Shown here piece after piece: positions 61,732-64,000 of a DNA stretch of 64,000 nt; within the stretch, counting starts at the first letter, position 1, and each line of letters starts with the position of its first letter. A model generated the notes under the pieces. It had not been told where the DNA came from, ran no database searches, and saw only the letters and a list, made by a program, of their open reading frames with translations. A program made the position numbers and the translations under genes. This DNA comes from an uncultured bacterium. GTDB lineage: Bacteria; Patescibacteriota; Saccharimonadia; Saccharimonadales; UBA4665. Where the stretch lies: positions 25 through 64,024 of the forward strand of contig CBFGXJ010000005.1 of NCBI GenBank assembly GCA_965652795.1, written 5' to 3'.

Positions 61732-64000
61732 TTACAGCATGCGCTTCAGGAACTGGCCGGTGTACGAATCTTTGACTTTGGCAATCTCTTCCGGCGTGCC
61801 GGTAGCCATTACCGTGCCGCCGCCCGAGCCGCCCTCCGGCCCCATGTCGATGATGTGATCGGCCGATTTGATCACGTCCAGGTTATGCTCAATCACCACC
61901 ATGCTGTTGCCGGTGTCGACCAGGGCGTGCAGCACGTGCAGCAGCTTGTCGACGTCGGCCATGTGCAGGCCGGTCGTAGGTTCATCCAAAATGTAGAGCG
62001 TGCGGCCGGTCGGCCGGCGCGACAGTTCCGATGCCAGCTTAACCCGCTGCGCTTCACCGCCAGACAGCTGCGTTGCGGGCTGGCCAAGCGTAATGTACCC
62101 GAGGCCGACGTCAACCATCGTTTGCAATTTGCGCGCAATCGATGGAATGCTGCCAAAGAACTCCAGCGCTTGCTCGCAGGTCATTTGCAGCACATCGCTG
62201 ATCGTCTTTCCTTTGTAATGAATCTCAAGCGCTTCGCGGTTGTAGCGCTGGCCGTGACAGACCTCGCAGGGTACGTACACGTCCGGTAAAAAGTGCATTT
62301 CGATCTTGATGATGCCGTCGCCGGCGCAGTTCTCGCACCGTCCGCCCTTTACGTTAAAGCTGAAGCGCCCGGGGCTGTAGCCGCGCAGGCGTGCCTCAGG
62401 CGTTTGGGCGAACAGCTCGCGAATGGGCGTAAACAAGCCAATGTACGTCGCCGGGTTGGAGCGCGGCGTGCGGCCGATCGGCGACTGGTCGATAATGATC
62501 GCTTTGTCGAGCTGCTTGATGCCCTCGATGTCATCGTGCTTGCCGGGTACAGTGTTGGCGCGCATCAGCCGGGCCTGGAGTTCCTTAGCCAGAATATCAT
62601 TGATCAAAGAGGATTTGCCCGAACCGGACACGCCCGACACCACCACCAATTGCGCCAGCGGGATCTCAACGTCAACATTCTTAAGGTTGTGTTCGCGGGC
62701 GCCGCGGATCACCAGCTTCTTGCCGCTGCCCTTCCGACGCTTCTTGGGTACGGCAATCATCTTGCGTCCGGATAAATACGCGCCCGTTACACTGTCTTTG
62801 TTGCCCGCAACTTCGGCTGGTGTGCCATGCGCCACCACATTGCCGCCGTGCACGCCGGCGCCAGGGCCGATGTCCAGGAGGTAATCCGCCGTGCGGATGG
62901 TGTCTTCGTCGTGCTCCACCACTAGCACGGTGTTGCCGAGGTCGCGCAAGTGCTTGAGTGTACGGATCAGCCGGTCGTTATCGCGCTGGTGCAGCCCAAT
63001 CGACGGCTCGTCCAGCACGTACAACACGCCCTGCAAGCCGGAGCCGATCTGCGTCGCCAGCCGGATGCGCTGCGCCTCGCCGCCGCTCAACGTCGTGGCC
63101 GAACGCAAGAGCGTCAAGTAATTCAGCCCGACATCGCGCAAGAAGCCGAGACGCGCGCAAATTTCCTTTAAAATCTGCTGCGCGATATGCAGCTCTTTGT
63201 CGGTAAAATCAAGGCTGTTGAAGTACTCGATAGCTTCGTCGATCGACAGCTCACAGATGTCCATGATCGACATGTCGCCGACGGTCACAGCCAAAACTTC
63301 AGGCTTCAGGCGGCGGCCTTTACAGGCGTAACACGGCTTTTCCTGCATGAAGCGCTCAATGTCGTGCCGGATGAAATCGCTGTCGGTCTCTTTATGGCGG
63401 CGCTCGAGGTTGGGGATGACGCCTTCGTAGGTCGTTTCAAACGAGCGGCCCAGTCCGAGCGACACTCTATACTTCTCGTTACCGGTGCCATACAGCAGCT
63501 TGTTCAGTTGGTCTGGCGTCAGCTCGCCGGTCGGCACATGCAGCGAAAAGCCGTAGCGCTCGGCTACCGCCGCCATTTTCTTCATATACCAGGCATCGAC
63601 ATTAACGCGGTTGAAGGGGCGGATGGCACCTTCGGCAACGGTTAAACGGCCGTTCGGAATCACTAGCTCCGGGTCGACCTCCAGCCGTGAACCCAGGCCG
63701 GTACAAACCGGGCAAGCGCCGTGCGGCGAGTTAAAACTGAATGTGCGCGGCTCAAGCTCAGGAATCGCCACGTCCGGGTGGTCGATGCAGGCGTACATCA
63801 GGCTGTACTGGAACTCTTCGTTCGCATCGGCATTCACCACCCGCATTTTGCCCTCGGCGACTTCCAGGGCTTGCTCGGCTGATTGCGCCAGGCGCGAGCG
63901 CGAATCTTCGTCGTTTACCAGACGGTCGATCACGACTTCGATGGTGTGCTTATAATTTTTATCGAGCGCCGGGAATTCGTCGAGCGCATACACGACGCCG
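61732..64000 (-). CDS. uvrA: excinuclease ABC subunit A (partial, N-terminus beyond window end)
   Basis: Two ABC modules (GVSGSGKSS, LSGGEAQR x2, LYVLDEPS/LYILDEPT) and zinc-finger Cys clusters (CPVCTGLG, CENCAGDG...CEVCHG). The ORF is open to the window edge. Confidence 0.97.
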   Translation of the reverse strand, partial: GVVYALDEFPALDKNYKHTIEVVIDRLVNDEDSRSRLAQSAEQALEVAEGKMRVVNADANEEFQYSLMYACIDHPDVAIPELEPRTFSFNSPHGACPVCTGLGSRLEVDPELVIPNGRLTVAEGAIRPFNRVNVDAWYMKKMAAVAERYGFSLHVPTGELTPDQLNKLLYGTGNEKYRVSLGLGRSFETTYEGVIPNLERRHKETDSDFIRHDIERFMQEKPCYACKGRRLKPEVLAVTVGDMSIMDICELSIDEAIEYFNSLDFTDKELHIAQQILKEICARLGFLRDVGLNYLTLLRSATTLSGGEAQRIRLATQIGSGLQGVLYVLDEPSIGLHQRDNDRLIRTLKHLRDLGNTVLVVEHDEDTIRTADYLLDIGPGAGVHGGNVVAHGTPAEVAGNKDSVTGAYLSGRKMIAVPKKRRKGSGKKLVIRGAREHNLKNVDVEIPLAQLVVVSGVSGSGKSSLINDILAKELQARLMRANTVPGKHDDIEGIKQLDKAIIIDQSPIGRTPRSNPATYIGLFTPIRELFAQTPEARLRGYSPGRFSFNVKGGRCENCAGDGIIKIEMHFLPDVYVPCEVCHGQRYNREALEIHYKGKTISDVLQMTCEQALEFFGSIPSIARKLQTMVDVGLGYITLGQPATQLSGGEAQRVKLASELSRRPTGRTLYILDEPTTGLHMADVDKLLHVLHALVDTGNSMVVIEHNLDVIKSADHIIDMGPEGGSGGGTVMATGTPEEIAKVKDSYTGQFLKRML

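Overview
This is a 64-kb, gene-dense, GC-rich bacterial chromosome segment. Hand-counted samples give about 60% GC in housekeeping genes and about 38-52% in orphan genes. All long conserved genes are intact under the standard code.

Content:
- Housekeeping backbone: trmD, KH-protein, rpsP, rnc, a Nudix gene, nusB, rpmF (missed by the ORF track), leuS, rdgB, ligA, uvrC, guaB-guaA, trhO, rplY and uvrA (partial).
- Envelope and transport genes: NodB deacetylase, ABC-2 exporter, CorA, HtpX, LemA, DD-carboxypeptidase, TM-anchored family-5 SBP, SecG, DUF360/holin-IV-like protein, PepP, MsbA-like exporter and DedA.
- One Cache / histidine kinase / REC-only signalling module.
- Four tRNAs: Ala-GGC, Val-UAC, Leu-GAG and Leu-CAG, all with encoded CCA.

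The lipoboxes, TM-anchored SBP, short proteins and scarcity of regulators suggest a streamlined monoderm-type organism, possibly Patescibacteria/Saccharibacteria-like or actinobacteria-related. This is inference only and I could not search databases.

Between the housekeeping genes sit many lower-GC orphan genes, most with their own promoter. No CRISPR array, integrase, transposase, known defence system or secretion system was recognised.

Most interesting observations:
1. A four-member paralog family wrapped around dedA (58.4-61.7 kb).
2. A second paralog pair (49.5-50.7 kb).
3. A decayed low-GC islet at tRNA-Leu(GAG) with nested direct and inverted copies of the tRNA 3' end bracketing a methyltransferase gene (31.7-33.3 kb).
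4. An 894-aa orphan with no recognisable motif.
5. Two orphan proteins sharing an HTH-like module, one of them an internal tandem duplication.
6. One conserved hairpin family abutting all four tRNAs.
7. A terminator-like structure inside the corA leader.
8. A very regular TGnTAnnnT promoter / leaderless start architecture, which I used to re-position several start codons.

All functional calls rest on motif recognition by eye. None was verified by search.
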